A DNA stretch of 51,631 nucleotides from a virus (taxonomy: Duplodnaviria > Caudoviricetes). Made by a program: the position numbers and the translations under genes. How positions within the stretch are numbered: position 1 is the stretch's first letter; each line of letters starts with the position of its first letter. The notes under the pieces are model-generated. The model was not told the origin of the DNA, did not search any database, and saw only the letters and a program-made list of their open reading frames with translations. Where the stretch lies: the IMG/VR virus record IMGVR_UViG_3300032282_002376, positions 1 through 51,631 of that record; one strand, given 5' to 3'. Of the stretch, positions 9,679 through 17,634 are shown in pieces.

Positions 9679-11040
9679 ATGGCTGACGCAAAACAACCAC
9701 AAGTTTTTGATCCTGCTAAATTAGATGATACTCAGCTATACGTAGCTGAAGTGCTGACTAAAAAGCTTCTCTCTGAAGGGTTGAATCCTGATTTATTTGT
9801 ACCTCTCGCTTTTCATGAAAGCGGTTTACGTCCTAACGCCATAGGTCCAGAAATTGAAAGAGGACCCTTTAAAGGACAAAGAGCTCAAGGTTTGTTTCAA
9901 TACATGCCTGCAGTTGCTAAAGAAAGAGGTATAGATGATCCTTTAAACTTTGAGCAAAATATGAATGGAGCTATAAAAGATTTTAAAGCTCACATGCAAA
10001 ACCCAAAGATAGGTCTTGATGCTTCAAAACTTTTATCAGCTTGGAACGCAGGTCCAAACAATGACTACATAAAAACAGGAGATTTAGAAAAACTACCTGA
10101 CGAAACAGTCAATTATTTGATCAAAATGCATAGTAGTACTGGAGGAAATTTACCTACTCCTGTTGTAGAATCTACGGGTAAGAGCCCTGAAGCACCTCCT
10201 AGTCCATCTATACCTTCTACAACTTTAACTCCTACGGAAGCGATAACTGCAGGAACTGCTGGAGCTACAGCAGGTGCCAAGGTAGGTGCTGGCGTCCAGG
10301 CAGGTCTTGGGACAAAATACGCTTTAGATTATTATTTAAATCAAAACTCTCCAGCAAGTCTTCAACGATACTCTAATAGTCAGCTTGGCGATAAATATTT
10401 AAATGTTCCTCTTAAAGAACTTGAAAACTTAACAAACAGAACTATCGTTGCTCCACATGATGTTCAAGAAGCGATAAAAGATGTCCATGGACGACCGATC
10501 TATCCTAAGACAGTTAGAGTTGAGTCTGGCGCAGGTTATAAACAAATGCCTGTTGTAGATCCAATAGCTCAAAAAGTAATTCCTACGGGAATGTCTACCC
10601 CGATAGATATCAGTAAATATGAAGTAAAACCAGGAATGCTTGGAGCTGCGCAAAAAACAACTCAAGCAGCTTTACCAGTTTTAAAGAGCGCTACTAGAGT
10701 CGCAGGTTCTGCTTTAGGTGGAGCTGGGGCAGCTTTAGATGTAGCTGACGCTTTAAAACGCGCAAGAAGTGGTGACGTTACAGGTTCTGTTATATCAGGC
10801 ACTGGAGCAGGTTTAGGAACTTTAGGTACTCTAGGAGCGATGGGTTTATTGGCTCCTGAAATCGCTGTACCAGCAGCTGTTGGAGCTTTGGGTATGTCTG
10901 GGATAAACGCTGCTAGAGATATCTATAAGATGTCGCCTGATGAAAGACAACAGCTTATAGACAGAACTAAGAAAAACCTGATGCCCTCTACGGGTTCTGG
11001 AGGAAATGAGGCTCTATTTAACGCGATAGCAAACCAGTAA
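9679..11040 (+). CDS. Virion-associated lytic transglycosylase (SLT domain) ejection protein
   Basis: HESGLRPNA (catalytic Glu), AQGLFQYMP, AWNAGP, ETVNY motifs; hydrophobic Gly/Ala C-terminus. Confidence 0.85.
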   Translation: MADAKQPQVFDPAKLDDTQLYVAEVLTKKLLSEGLNPDLFVPLAFHESGLRPNAIGPEIERGPFKGQRAQGLFQYMPAVAKERGIDDPLNFEQNMNGAIKDFKAHMQNPKIGLDASKLLSAWNAGPNNDYIKTGDLEKLPDETVNYLIKMHSSTGGNLPTPVVESTGKSPEAPPSPSIPSTTLTPTEAITAGTAGATAGAKVGAGVQAGLGTKYALDYYLNQNSPASLQRYSNSQLGDKYLNVPLKELENLTNRTIVAPHDVQEAIKDVHGRPIYPKTVRVESGAGYKQMPVVDPIAQKVIPTGMSTPIDISKYEVKPGMLGAAQKTTQAALPVLKSATRVAGSALGGAGAALDVADALKRARSGDVTGSVISGTGAGLGTLGTLGAMGLLAPEIAVPAAVGALGMSGINAARDIYKMSPDERQQLIDRTKKNLMPSTGSGGNEALFNAIANQ

Positions 11041-11172
11041 CACAGCTACCAAGATAGCAAAGTATAACCCCAACCATAGCAGTGTTATAGGACTAGTTAC
11101 TGATAGATACACGATTACATAGAATAGAATATGGAATGGTAGTAGTATCGCGTTTTTAATTAGAGAAAGCAT
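11014..11172 (-). CDS. 52-aa two-TM membrane protein (absent from the ORF track)
   Basis: Read by hand as MLSLIKNAILLPFHILFYVIVYLSVTSPITLLWLGLYFAILVAVLLVCYRVK; AGGAG RBS 9 nt upstream. Confidence 0.6.
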   Translation of the reverse strand: MLSLIKNAILLPFHILFYVIVYLSVTSPITLLWLGLYFAILVAVLLVCYRVK

Positions 11173-11398
11173 AATTCCAATCTCCTACTCTAACGTAATA
11201 AAAAATCTCACTAGGATCGCTGTTAGGCATATCAGTCCAGATCTGTATGGGCGCTCCCCAACCATGCTCTTTCATAGCAGTCGCTATTTCATCGTGAATG
11301 CGCTCAGCTTCTGCCTCATTTTGGCAGCTTATTTCAAATTTGATCGGCTTACCGATCTTGGTTAACGTACCCATCAGTCGCCTCACCTTCTTTATCAA
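11156..11398 (-). CDS. Hypothetical protein
   Basis: ORF overlapping its neighbours in the - strand operon; start uncertain. Confidence 0.5.
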   Translation of the reverse strand: MIKKVRRLMGTLTKIGKPIKFEISCQNEAEAERIHDEIATAMKEHGWGAPIQIWTDMPNSDPSEIFYYVRVGDWNYAFSN

Positions 11399-11693
11399 GT
11401 TGCTGTATAAACTTACCCCCTACATGATCCTCAACTAAGAGCAGGTATCGACGTAAGTCACGAATATCATCGATAATACCCTCAGGGCGTAAGTCGTTAT
11501 TGACCGCCTCAAAGATATCATAATTATACTTTTTGACGTGATTCTCAAGCCTATCCCACTTACGGGCAAGCATCATGAAAGCGCCGACGCCCCCACGCTT
11601 TTTCCAAGAATCACCGTAAGACTTTTCAGCCTTAACCAAACCATCAATATCAGCAGCACTGATACCGTTCAAACCATTTATAAGATCAGACAT
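11349..11693 (-). CDS. DUF1599 / nucleotide-modification-associated all-alpha (MazG-like) NTP pyrophosphatase
   Basis: K..SYGDSW..RG, RKWDRL, D.IRDL..Y pattern; adjacent to the HD hydrolase. Confidence 0.7.
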   Translation of the reverse strand: MSDLINGLNGISAADIDGLVKAEKSYGDSWKKRGGVGAFMMLARKWDRLENHVKKYNYDIFEAVNNDLRPEGIIDDIRDLRRYLLLVEDHVGGKFIQQLDKEGEATDGYVNQDR

Positions 11694-12192
11694 CGTTGCG
11701 TTCCTTAATTAAATCTTCCAAAAGAGCTAACCCCACAGCATGGTCGCCTAAACCCGTGAGATATGTAACACCGCGATCGAAAACCTCACGCATTGTCGTG
11801 TTACCAAGCTCAAGCTCATCTATGCAACGATACAAAAGATCTAGCATATCAGCCCATTTTAATGCTAGCTGCTCATGCTCAGTTAAGTGAGGCAAGGCTA
11901 GATAATTATCATCAAGCATTTTACGTTCTAAATTATCACAAGCAAACTTCAACTCAGGCGAGCTCCACTTAGCAGTTGCAGGTATATCACCTGTCCACTG
12001 CTCAGCCGTATCGTGTAAAAGCGCAGCATAGATTAGAGATTTACTAGGCGAAGTTTCTAGCATAAGTAAAATAATTATTACATTTGCTGTATGCTCACCT
12101 ACGGTGTCAGTCGTTAGCATACGCCTTGTATGCCATCTTTTTACAGCGTTACCGTTTCTAACAGTTTTGATTACACTTGTTTTTACAGTCAT
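11686..12192 (-). CDS. HD-domain deoxynucleotide phosphohydrolase (YfbR-like)
   Basis: VKRWH, TVGEH, ALLHD.AE..TGDIP..K, KWAD motifs. Confidence 0.88.
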   Translation of the reverse strand: MTVKTSVIKTVRNGNAVKRWHTRRMLTTDTVGEHTANVIIILLMLETSPSKSLIYAALLHDTAEQWTGDIPATAKWSSPELKFACDNLERKMLDDNYLALPHLTEHEQLALKWADMLDLLYRCIDELELGNTTMREVFDRGVTYLTGLGDHAVGLALLEDLIKERNDV

Positions 12193-12221
12193 CTTTAGTT
12201 CCTAGTTATTGGTGTGATTAA

Positions 12222-12232
12222 ATTATAACCTA
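12222..12232 (-). promoter_or_regulatory. -10 box (TAGGTTATAAT) for the HD/DUF1599 operon
   Basis: Reverse complement of attataaccta, 30 nt upstream of the ATG at 12192. Confidence 0.55.
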
Positions 12233-12283
12233 CTTTTTTAGCGCTTCGTTAATTTAACGCTAAAAACCCCTGAATCGACTAAA

Positions 12284-12733
12284 CTATTCAGTCTTTAGAG
12301 GTGCTCTACGCGCCTTAGCAACCCCACGTGGGTACTTAGGTGTTTTTGGCTCAGCTTTACCGCGCCGTAAACCCCGATATGATGCAGCAGCTTCGCACGC
12401 TTCGACAGAACGACGGCGCTCATCCCAGAGTTCCAGAATCAAACCTGCTAGAGGTCGCATGCTGAACTTAGGATTAAGAGTTTCAAAATCAGCAGTTGTT
12501 TCCCACCCGTAAGCTTCAATGTAATGTATCCAACTGATCTTTAGTTTACGAAGCAAACCCTTGACAGCAGCGTCAGAAGGTCTAACATAAAACATCGGCA
12601 AGTTTACGCTCGCGTCACGCGCTAGATCAACCCAATGATCATCGTCAGCGTGTTTACGCGTATAGTGCTCTCTTTGTAAATCGACTTGAACTTTCGCTTT
12701 TGCGATCAAGCCAGCGTCAAATGGTTTGGGCAT
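12284..12733 (-). CDS. Hypothetical protein with basic C-terminus
   Basis: 149-aa ORF overlapping the end of the resolvase gene. Confidence 0.6.
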   Translation of the reverse strand: MPKPFDAGLIAKAKVQVDLQREHYTRKHADDDHWVDLARDASVNLPMFYVRPSDAAVKGLLRKLKISWIHYIEAYGWETTADFETLNPKFSMRPLAGLILELWDERRRSVEACEAAASYRGLRRGKAEPKTPKYPRGVAKARRAPLKTE

Positions 12734-13214
12734 TATCAGTTTCCTTTAAGTATGTTGCGATCAATAACGCTTCAGCGCGGTCGATGTGTTTTTTCAAATA
12801 TAATTCAACACCAGGGTATAGTTTTATAGCCAGCGCTCTGGCTTCCTCTTTTTCCTTAGTCAGCTTAAAATGCTTCTTCCAAGACATAGGGGTAACATAG
12901 ATCAAGGGAAGCTTAGAGAGCGTCAGTACTGAACGGCAAACTCCAAAAGAGTCACCTAAACTGAACGTTGATGAAGCTGATTGACCAGGCATAGAGTTGA
13001 CGCGTTCTAGAGCAGCTCTTGGATAAATTTTATTTCTTAAAGCTATACTTAGTATCATGTGCATACCACCAGGATCTATCTCATACTTTACAACTCCATC
13101 GCCCTTCTTCATTGTCGGTATATCGTGAACCTCAACCTTATCCCCACATATAATAGCAATCGCTCCGCTGAGTCCTGGGTCAACACCGACGTACGTTTTT
13201 AAAATGCCGTCCAT
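12717..13214 (-). CDS. RuvC-like Holliday junction resolvase
   Basis: YVGVDPGLSGAIA, LERV..MPGQ, P..WKK, DRAEALLIA motifs. Confidence 0.85.
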   Translation of the reverse strand: MDGILKTYVGVDPGLSGAIAIICGDKVEVHDIPTMKKGDGVVKYEIDPGGMHMILSIALRNKIYPRAALERVNSMPGQSASSTFSLGDSFGVCRSVLTLSKLPLIYVTPMSWKKHFKLTKEKEEARALAIKLYPGVELYLKKHIDRAEALLIATYLKETDNAQTI

Positions 13215-14035
13215 AGATCACATCCTTTTAGTTGTTTACCGTATTCTAAAGTTTCATTGAATTTCTCACAAAACCATGACCCCTCTTTGGAAGGAACAGA
13301 ATATTGACAAGAACGGCAATTTTGAAGTGGAGCCTCTTTACCCCAACATACGCCATGAGCATCACAGAACTTACAACGCCAATCAGTCTCTTTTTCCGCG
13401 ATACGGATAGGAGGCATGGTTGAAGTGATCAGTTTGTTTAGTTTGGCTTCTATTTCCGCTATCGTTGATTCGTCTTTATGTACACGCTCAATGTAAAACT
13501 TTTCGTCGTCTTTACAAATAGCGATGTATAACGCGCGAGTCAAGCCCGATAACCACATACCTGATTGCATCTGCCAATAGTGTTGAGGTTTAGCTTCTTT
13601 AACTCCCCTAGACTGAAGCTCCTTGAAGCCTTTTACATTAGATGATTTGATTTCGATGACATGGGGTGTTTTTTCTGCTGTAGGTACTCCACGAACCGCT
13701 CCGTCAGTTTTACAGACAAAATGCCCGTCAGCTGCCGTATAAGTCCACTGTTTACCAGTTTCAGGATTAACTTCCCATACCTCTAGACCTGCATCTTTTA
13801 AGTCTTGTACAACCCTATCTTCTTGAATGTAACCTGTCTTAAACAGTCTAAGCATCCTACCTTCGGGTTGTTCATTATGAAACCCACGCCAGTCGTACCA
13901 AATAGACCTGAGACACTCTTCACCTATACCAGACGCGCCGATACGTGTGAGCATAAGCTCTTTGCTATTCTTTTTCTCGTACGCTTGGTATATCAGGTTT
14001 TCCAGTGCTTCGGTTTCTTTTGGTATCGCTGCCAT
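13199..14035 (-). CDS. Cas4-like PD-(D/E)XK exonuclease
   Basis: IGASGIGEEC.R..WY, DG, EIKS, Q.Q motifs; C-terminal CKFC...C Fe-S-type cysteines. Confidence 0.85.
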   Translation of the reverse strand: MAAIPKETEALENLIYQAYEKKNSKELMLTRIGASGIGEECLRSIWYDWRGFHNEQPEGRMLRLFKTGYIQEDRVVQDLKDAGLEVWEVNPETGKQWTYTAADGHFVCKTDGAVRGVPTAEKTPHVIEIKSSNVKGFKELQSRGVKEAKPQHYWQMQSGMWLSGLTRALYIAICKDDEKFYIERVHKDESTIAEIEAKLNKLITSTMPPIRIAEKETDWRCKFCDAHGVCWGKEAPLQNCRSCQYSVPSKEGSWFCEKFNETLEYGKQLKGCDLWTAF

Positions 14036-14180
14036 TAGGTTCTTTCTTAATGATGACCGTTTCTTTAGTGGAAAAGAGGTGCCCGTTCGCGCATAACCTA
14101 CGTCTGTACAATGAGTTACTAGTAGTGCGCTTGCGGGTTTCTTTTACATCACTCCAAGAGTCACAAATAGGACAATTCAA
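13965..14180 (-). CDS. NrdR N-terminal-like zinc-ribbon protein
   Basis: CPIC...V.ETR...RRRLC.NGH.F.T.E pattern; TTG start. Confidence 0.65.
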   Translation of the reverse strand: MNCPICDSWSDVKETRKRTTSNSLYRRRLCANGHLFSTKETVIIKKEPNGSDTKRNRSTGKPDIPSVREKE

Positions 14181-14702
14181 TCAATCGTCCCAAGGAGCCT
14201 TCTTACCAGCAGGTTTAGAGGAACTCACAGGGGCTGAGGCAGCCACAGGAGGGGTAGGCTTCGCAGCTGCTGGAGCTGAGGGAGCTCTCGAATCGCCGTT
14301 TGGGGCTTTGAAAGCTGTAATGATATTTTGAGGACCGTAGTCACCAGAACCCTTTTCAGTTCCAACATCAGCACTGAAAGCGCGATTGATTAACTGATCA
14401 GAGTCAGCAGCGTTAGGAGTACCGCATGCTCGAGCCCAACCAGCCAACTGACGACGACCTATTTCCTCAGCTTTGGCGCTAGGATTGTGCGTATTAAAGT
14501 TCATGAAAATAATACGGTTCGCACTCGAAGGACCCAAGACACGAAATTTTGCACGGATATAATAACCCGTACCTGCTTTCGTTTGACGTTGCTCAGCTTC
14601 CTCACACATCAACTGATACTCACCATCAGGAATAGGTTCATAGTTACCAGAACCGCCAGCGTCAGCATCGACGCCCCCTAAATCAAATCCGAAGTTAGCC
14701 AT
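14181..14702 (-). CDS. Single-stranded DNA-binding protein (DUF669-like)
   Basis: ATG 14702 with GGAG RBS; YEPIPDGEY, TKAGTG.Y, AEEIGRRQL motifs; Pro/Ala linker and acidic-aromatic tail PWDD. Confidence 0.8.
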   Translation of the reverse strand: MANFGFDLGGVDADAGGSGNYEPIPDGEYQLMCEEAEQRQTKAGTGYYIRAKFRVLGPSSANRIIFMNFNTHNPSAKAEEIGRRQLAGWARACGTPNAADSDQLINRAFSADVGTEKGSGDYGPQNIITAFKAPNGDSRAPSAPAAAKPTPPVAASAPVSSSKPAGKKAPWDD

Positions 14703-14716
14703 TATAAATTCTCCAA

Positions 14717-15457
14717 TCAAAGTTTAACAGGAATGCTCTCGAGGAGCTTTTCGTACACCATTGGTATAGTGTCGGGACAAGCGTAGCGGTTTTTCGCTAC
14801 ATACGCAGGGTTTTCCACCAAGTGTAGCAGTCGCTCACCAGTGGTCACACCACGCGTAGTTTTATTGCCGAAGCCCGAGTCTGATTGCTTGATAATCACT
14901 CGGAACCCAGCAAACGCTAACACGTCGACCCACTCTTGAAGAATGGCATTACAACGATTAGGCAGTTTTGGTTGATAACGATCGTAAGGCTCTGAGCGTG
15001 GATCCTCATAACGAGTCACAGAAGCGTGAGCCAATAACACGACGTTCATATCACGTCTTTTACGTAAAGCGTCAAAGCCACTTAGTATTTCCCTAAAAGA
15101 CTCAGCGACCATAATTTGACCCTTGCCGTAGGCTAGAGACTTTTCATCATGACGGCTTTCAATATCAGATGTAATCAAAGGCTCAACTAACCAATCAGCT
15201 GTATCTAGTACAACAGTCTTGAAGTCATGTTCCTCTTTGATAAGAGTCTTGATATTACTAGCAACGTCTGCAATAGTTTCAGCACGAGGGAAAGACGTTA
15301 CGTCTAAAGACGCCAAGCCATCCTCAGTTGAAATAAAGATAGGACGAGGGAAAAGACTTGCTAAAGTGCTTTTACCTATACCGTGCCCTCCAAAAATACA
15401 GATGCGGGGAGGAAGCTCTTGCTTACCCTTTATCAATTGTTCTTGCCAATCACTCAT
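14717..15457 (-). CDS. Sak4-like AAA ATPase (recombination/annealing)
   Basis: G.HGIGKST Walker A, TEDG, TVVLDT.DWL Walker B, AKNRY; upstream of the SSB. Confidence 0.85.
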   Translation of the reverse strand: MSDWQEQLIKGKQELPPRICIFGGHGIGKSTLASLFPRPIFISTEDGLASLDVTSFPRAETIADVASNIKTLIKEEHDFKTVVLDTADWLVEPLITSDIESRHDEKSLAYGKGQIMVAESFREILSGFDALRKRRDMNVVLLAHASVTRYEDPRSEPYDRYQPKLPNRCNAILQEWVDVLAFAGFRVIIKQSDSGFGNKTTRGVTTGERLLHLVENPAYVAKNRYACPDTIPMVYEKLLESIPVKL

Positions 15458-15496
15458 TTAAAGTTCTCCTAGTTAAAAAAGTTATCCTGTCCGCTA

Positions 15497-15507
15497 ATTA
15501 TAACCTA
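15497..15507 (-). promoter_or_regulatory. -10 box (TAGGTTATAAT) for the recombination operon
   Basis: Same 11-mer as at 12222 and 32911. Confidence 0.55.
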
Positions 15508-15523
15508 AAAAATAACGTAGCGG

Positions 15524-15838
15524 TTAAAAACTTAAAAATAAACTGCTATAAGACAATTTATTTTTATCCCACCTAAGTATCATGCATCCTCCTAACAACT
15601 CAGCAGCTACGGTCACACAAATCGCGCATAGAGCGGGATCGCCAGCCATAACCAAGTAGTCATCAGGATGCATGTCACGTAGAGCCATTCTAGCATGTTC
15701 GATAGCTGCTTTGCCGTCAAAGTCTCGACCTATCGATGAAAATACATGCTTTACCTCGCCGTAAGCGTCTGCAGCTGAATAGTCGCGTCGCCTATCATAA
15801 CTGACGAGCCATACCGTAGGTATCCTAGTATCATTCAT
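15524..15838 (-). CDS. Hypothetical phage protein
   Basis: ATGA-coupled to the polymerase; DY..A..YGE, DDYL...GDP, LRWD pattern. Confidence 0.65.
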   Translation of the reverse strand: MNDTRIPTVWLVSYDRRRDYSAADAYGEVKHVFSSIGRDFDGKAAIEHARMALRDMHPDDYLVMAGDPALCAICVTVAAELLGGCMILRWDKNKLSYSSLFLSF

Positions 15839-17634
15839 TTAAGTTCTCCATATACTTTTCCAAATTTAACCTCTGCCTTAACTGGTAACTCACTCCACCA
15901 ATTAGGAGGGGTAGACATCACGTGCTCTACATAATCACGTGCTTTTTCAGCATCAGCTTCGTCCACTACAGCGACTAATTCATCATGAACTGTTAAAGCA
16001 ACTGGAAACTCTTGATGTACGATCAGTAGCTGCTCCATAACGATATGTCTAGCAGCTGATTGAACAATGTTCTCAGTGATAAGACCGCCATAGATACCTG
16101 AGCGCCCCTCGCCTCTGGCAGCGTAACTGTAGCGCCTCTCGCTTGAGTTGTAGCTTAAATCAGGATACAATAGGGGCAAACCAGTGGGTAAATCTATACG
16201 GTACTTACCCGTCTTAACAGGTATGTACTTACTAAGTAAGACCTCTGTACCCTCAGCCATAGCAGGTAGGGCTTTATCACAAGTATCCCAGAAGTCAACG
16301 ATTTTAGAATTTTTAAGTCTATATGCTTTGATAGCCTTCTCACACATCTCCATTGAAAGAGGTTTACCTTGCGTGCGTAAGAATTCAAAGAATGTTCTAG
16401 CCGACATACCGTAACCAGCGCCTAGCACCGTAACTTTTCCAAGCCAACGCTCATCCTCATCAGCTTTAGTGATATTCCTACCGTAGATGAAAGACGCCAT
16501 ATCGCAGTACGGGTCTAGCCCTTTGCGGAAAACTTCCATCAAATCTTGCTGACCAGCAACGCAAGCTAGAGCGCGAGCTTCAATCTGTGAGCTATCGCCG
16601 ACTACAAGCAACTTACCAGGAGGAGCTACAATACCTTTACGTAGCTTAGAACCTCGAGTCAAGTTCTGTAAGTTGATGCCCCCTCCACCGCTCATCCGTC
16701 CAGTGTGCGCTCCATAATAGACAAGAGGAACTGGAAGCAAGCCTGTCTTACCGATAGAGCTGAGCCTTGTAGCTCTAGTCTGTTCAATAGTAGATTTCAG
16801 CTTGAGTCTAGCACTGACTAGTTCTTGCACGCGAACGTCAGGATGGTCTAACAGGTCGGTTATACCCTTGTCCTGCTTAGAAAACGCGAATGTCGGCTTA
16901 CCAGTTCTAGGGCTGGTTTTCATAGGAGGGTTGACTCCCATTCTTTCCAGAGCTTCAGCAAACTTAGGATTTGACATGATAATATCAATCGTTATGCCGA
17001 CGTCCTTTAGCGTTTCTTCCCTACGCTTATCTAGCTCCTCTACATAGCGATCTAGCATCTTGTAATCTACAGCAAGCCTAGGAGTAGTGACCGCTTTTAT
17101 TGTCCATTGTAATAAAAGAAACTCAAACTTAGGAAATGTGTCTATCAGTTTTTTATAAACACTGTAGGTTAGATCGACGTCTCGAACGCAATACTCAGCT
17201 AAGATGTCACGCTCATAGTCTTGCAAATCCTCAAGTCTTTTACCCTTGGATACAGACAAGCCATCTAGCTTCTCACCAAATCCTAGACTTTTAGCGACTG
17301 AGTTTAGACTGTAAGAGTTCAATCTTAATTGAGAGCGAGCCAACCCCACTGTGTCAGTTATCTGTTCAGGAAACCAGTTGTAACGCCTAGCAGCGATAGC
17401 GCCGTCAAACTGAGCGTTATGACAGATAGCCCGAACCTGAGTACCGTAGTGCTTGAACGCTTTACCGATATCATCACCCCAAGCTAACGTAGTCGTTTCA
17501 TCATTTAGTTTGAACGCGCAACATATAGGCTGAAACCTAGAGTCTCGAATATACTCAGTTGAAGTCATCTTTGATAACGAGTACGTAGCAGGTTCGTAGT
17601 ACGTCTCGAAATCAATCGTTAAAGTGTCAATCAT
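15835..17634 (-). CDS. Family A DNA polymerase with 3'-5' exonuclease (APSE-like)
   Basis: Exo I DFET, Exo II HNAQFD, Exo III YCVRD; motif A DSSQIEAR, motif B R..GK...LGAGYG, motif C VHDE. Confidence 0.95.
   Translation of the reverse strand: MIDTLTIDFETYYEPATYSLSKMTSTEYIRDSRFQPICCAFKLNDETTTLAWGDDIGKAFKHYGTQVRAICHNAQFDGAIAARRYNWFPEQITDTVGLARSQLRLNSYSLNSVAKSLGFGEKLDGLSVSKGKRLEDLQDYERDILAEYCVRDVDLTYSVYKKLIDTFPKFEFLLLQWTIKAVTTPRLAVDYKMLDRYVEELDKRREETLKDVGITIDIIMSNPKFAEALERMGVNPPMKTSPRTGKPTFAFSKQDKGITDLLDHPDVRVQELVSARLKLKSTIEQTRATRLSSIGKTGLLPVPLVYYGAHTGRMSGGGGINLQNLTRGSKLRKGIVAPPGKLLVVGDSSQIEARALACVAGQQDLMEVFRKGLDPYCDMASFIYGRNITKADEDERWLGKVTVLGAGYGMSARTFFEFLRTQGKPLSMEMCEKAIKAYRLKNSKIVDFWDTCDKALPAMAEGTEVLLSKYIPVKTGKYRIDLPTGLPLLYPDLSYNSSERRYSYAARGEGRSGIYGGLITENIVQSAARHIVMEQLLIVHQEFPVALTVHDELVAVVDEADAEKARDYVEHVMSTPPNWWSELPVKAEVKFGKVYGELK

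Noticed and set aside
11349-12192. DatZ/MazZ pair of a 2-aminoadenine (Z) genome
   Set aside because: No PurZ/adenylosuccinate synthetase homolog in the window; the other genes point to T modification
13199-14035. Cas4 as evidence of a CRISPR-Cas system
   Set aside because: No cas1/cas2 or array; standard phage exonuclease next to Sak4 and SSB
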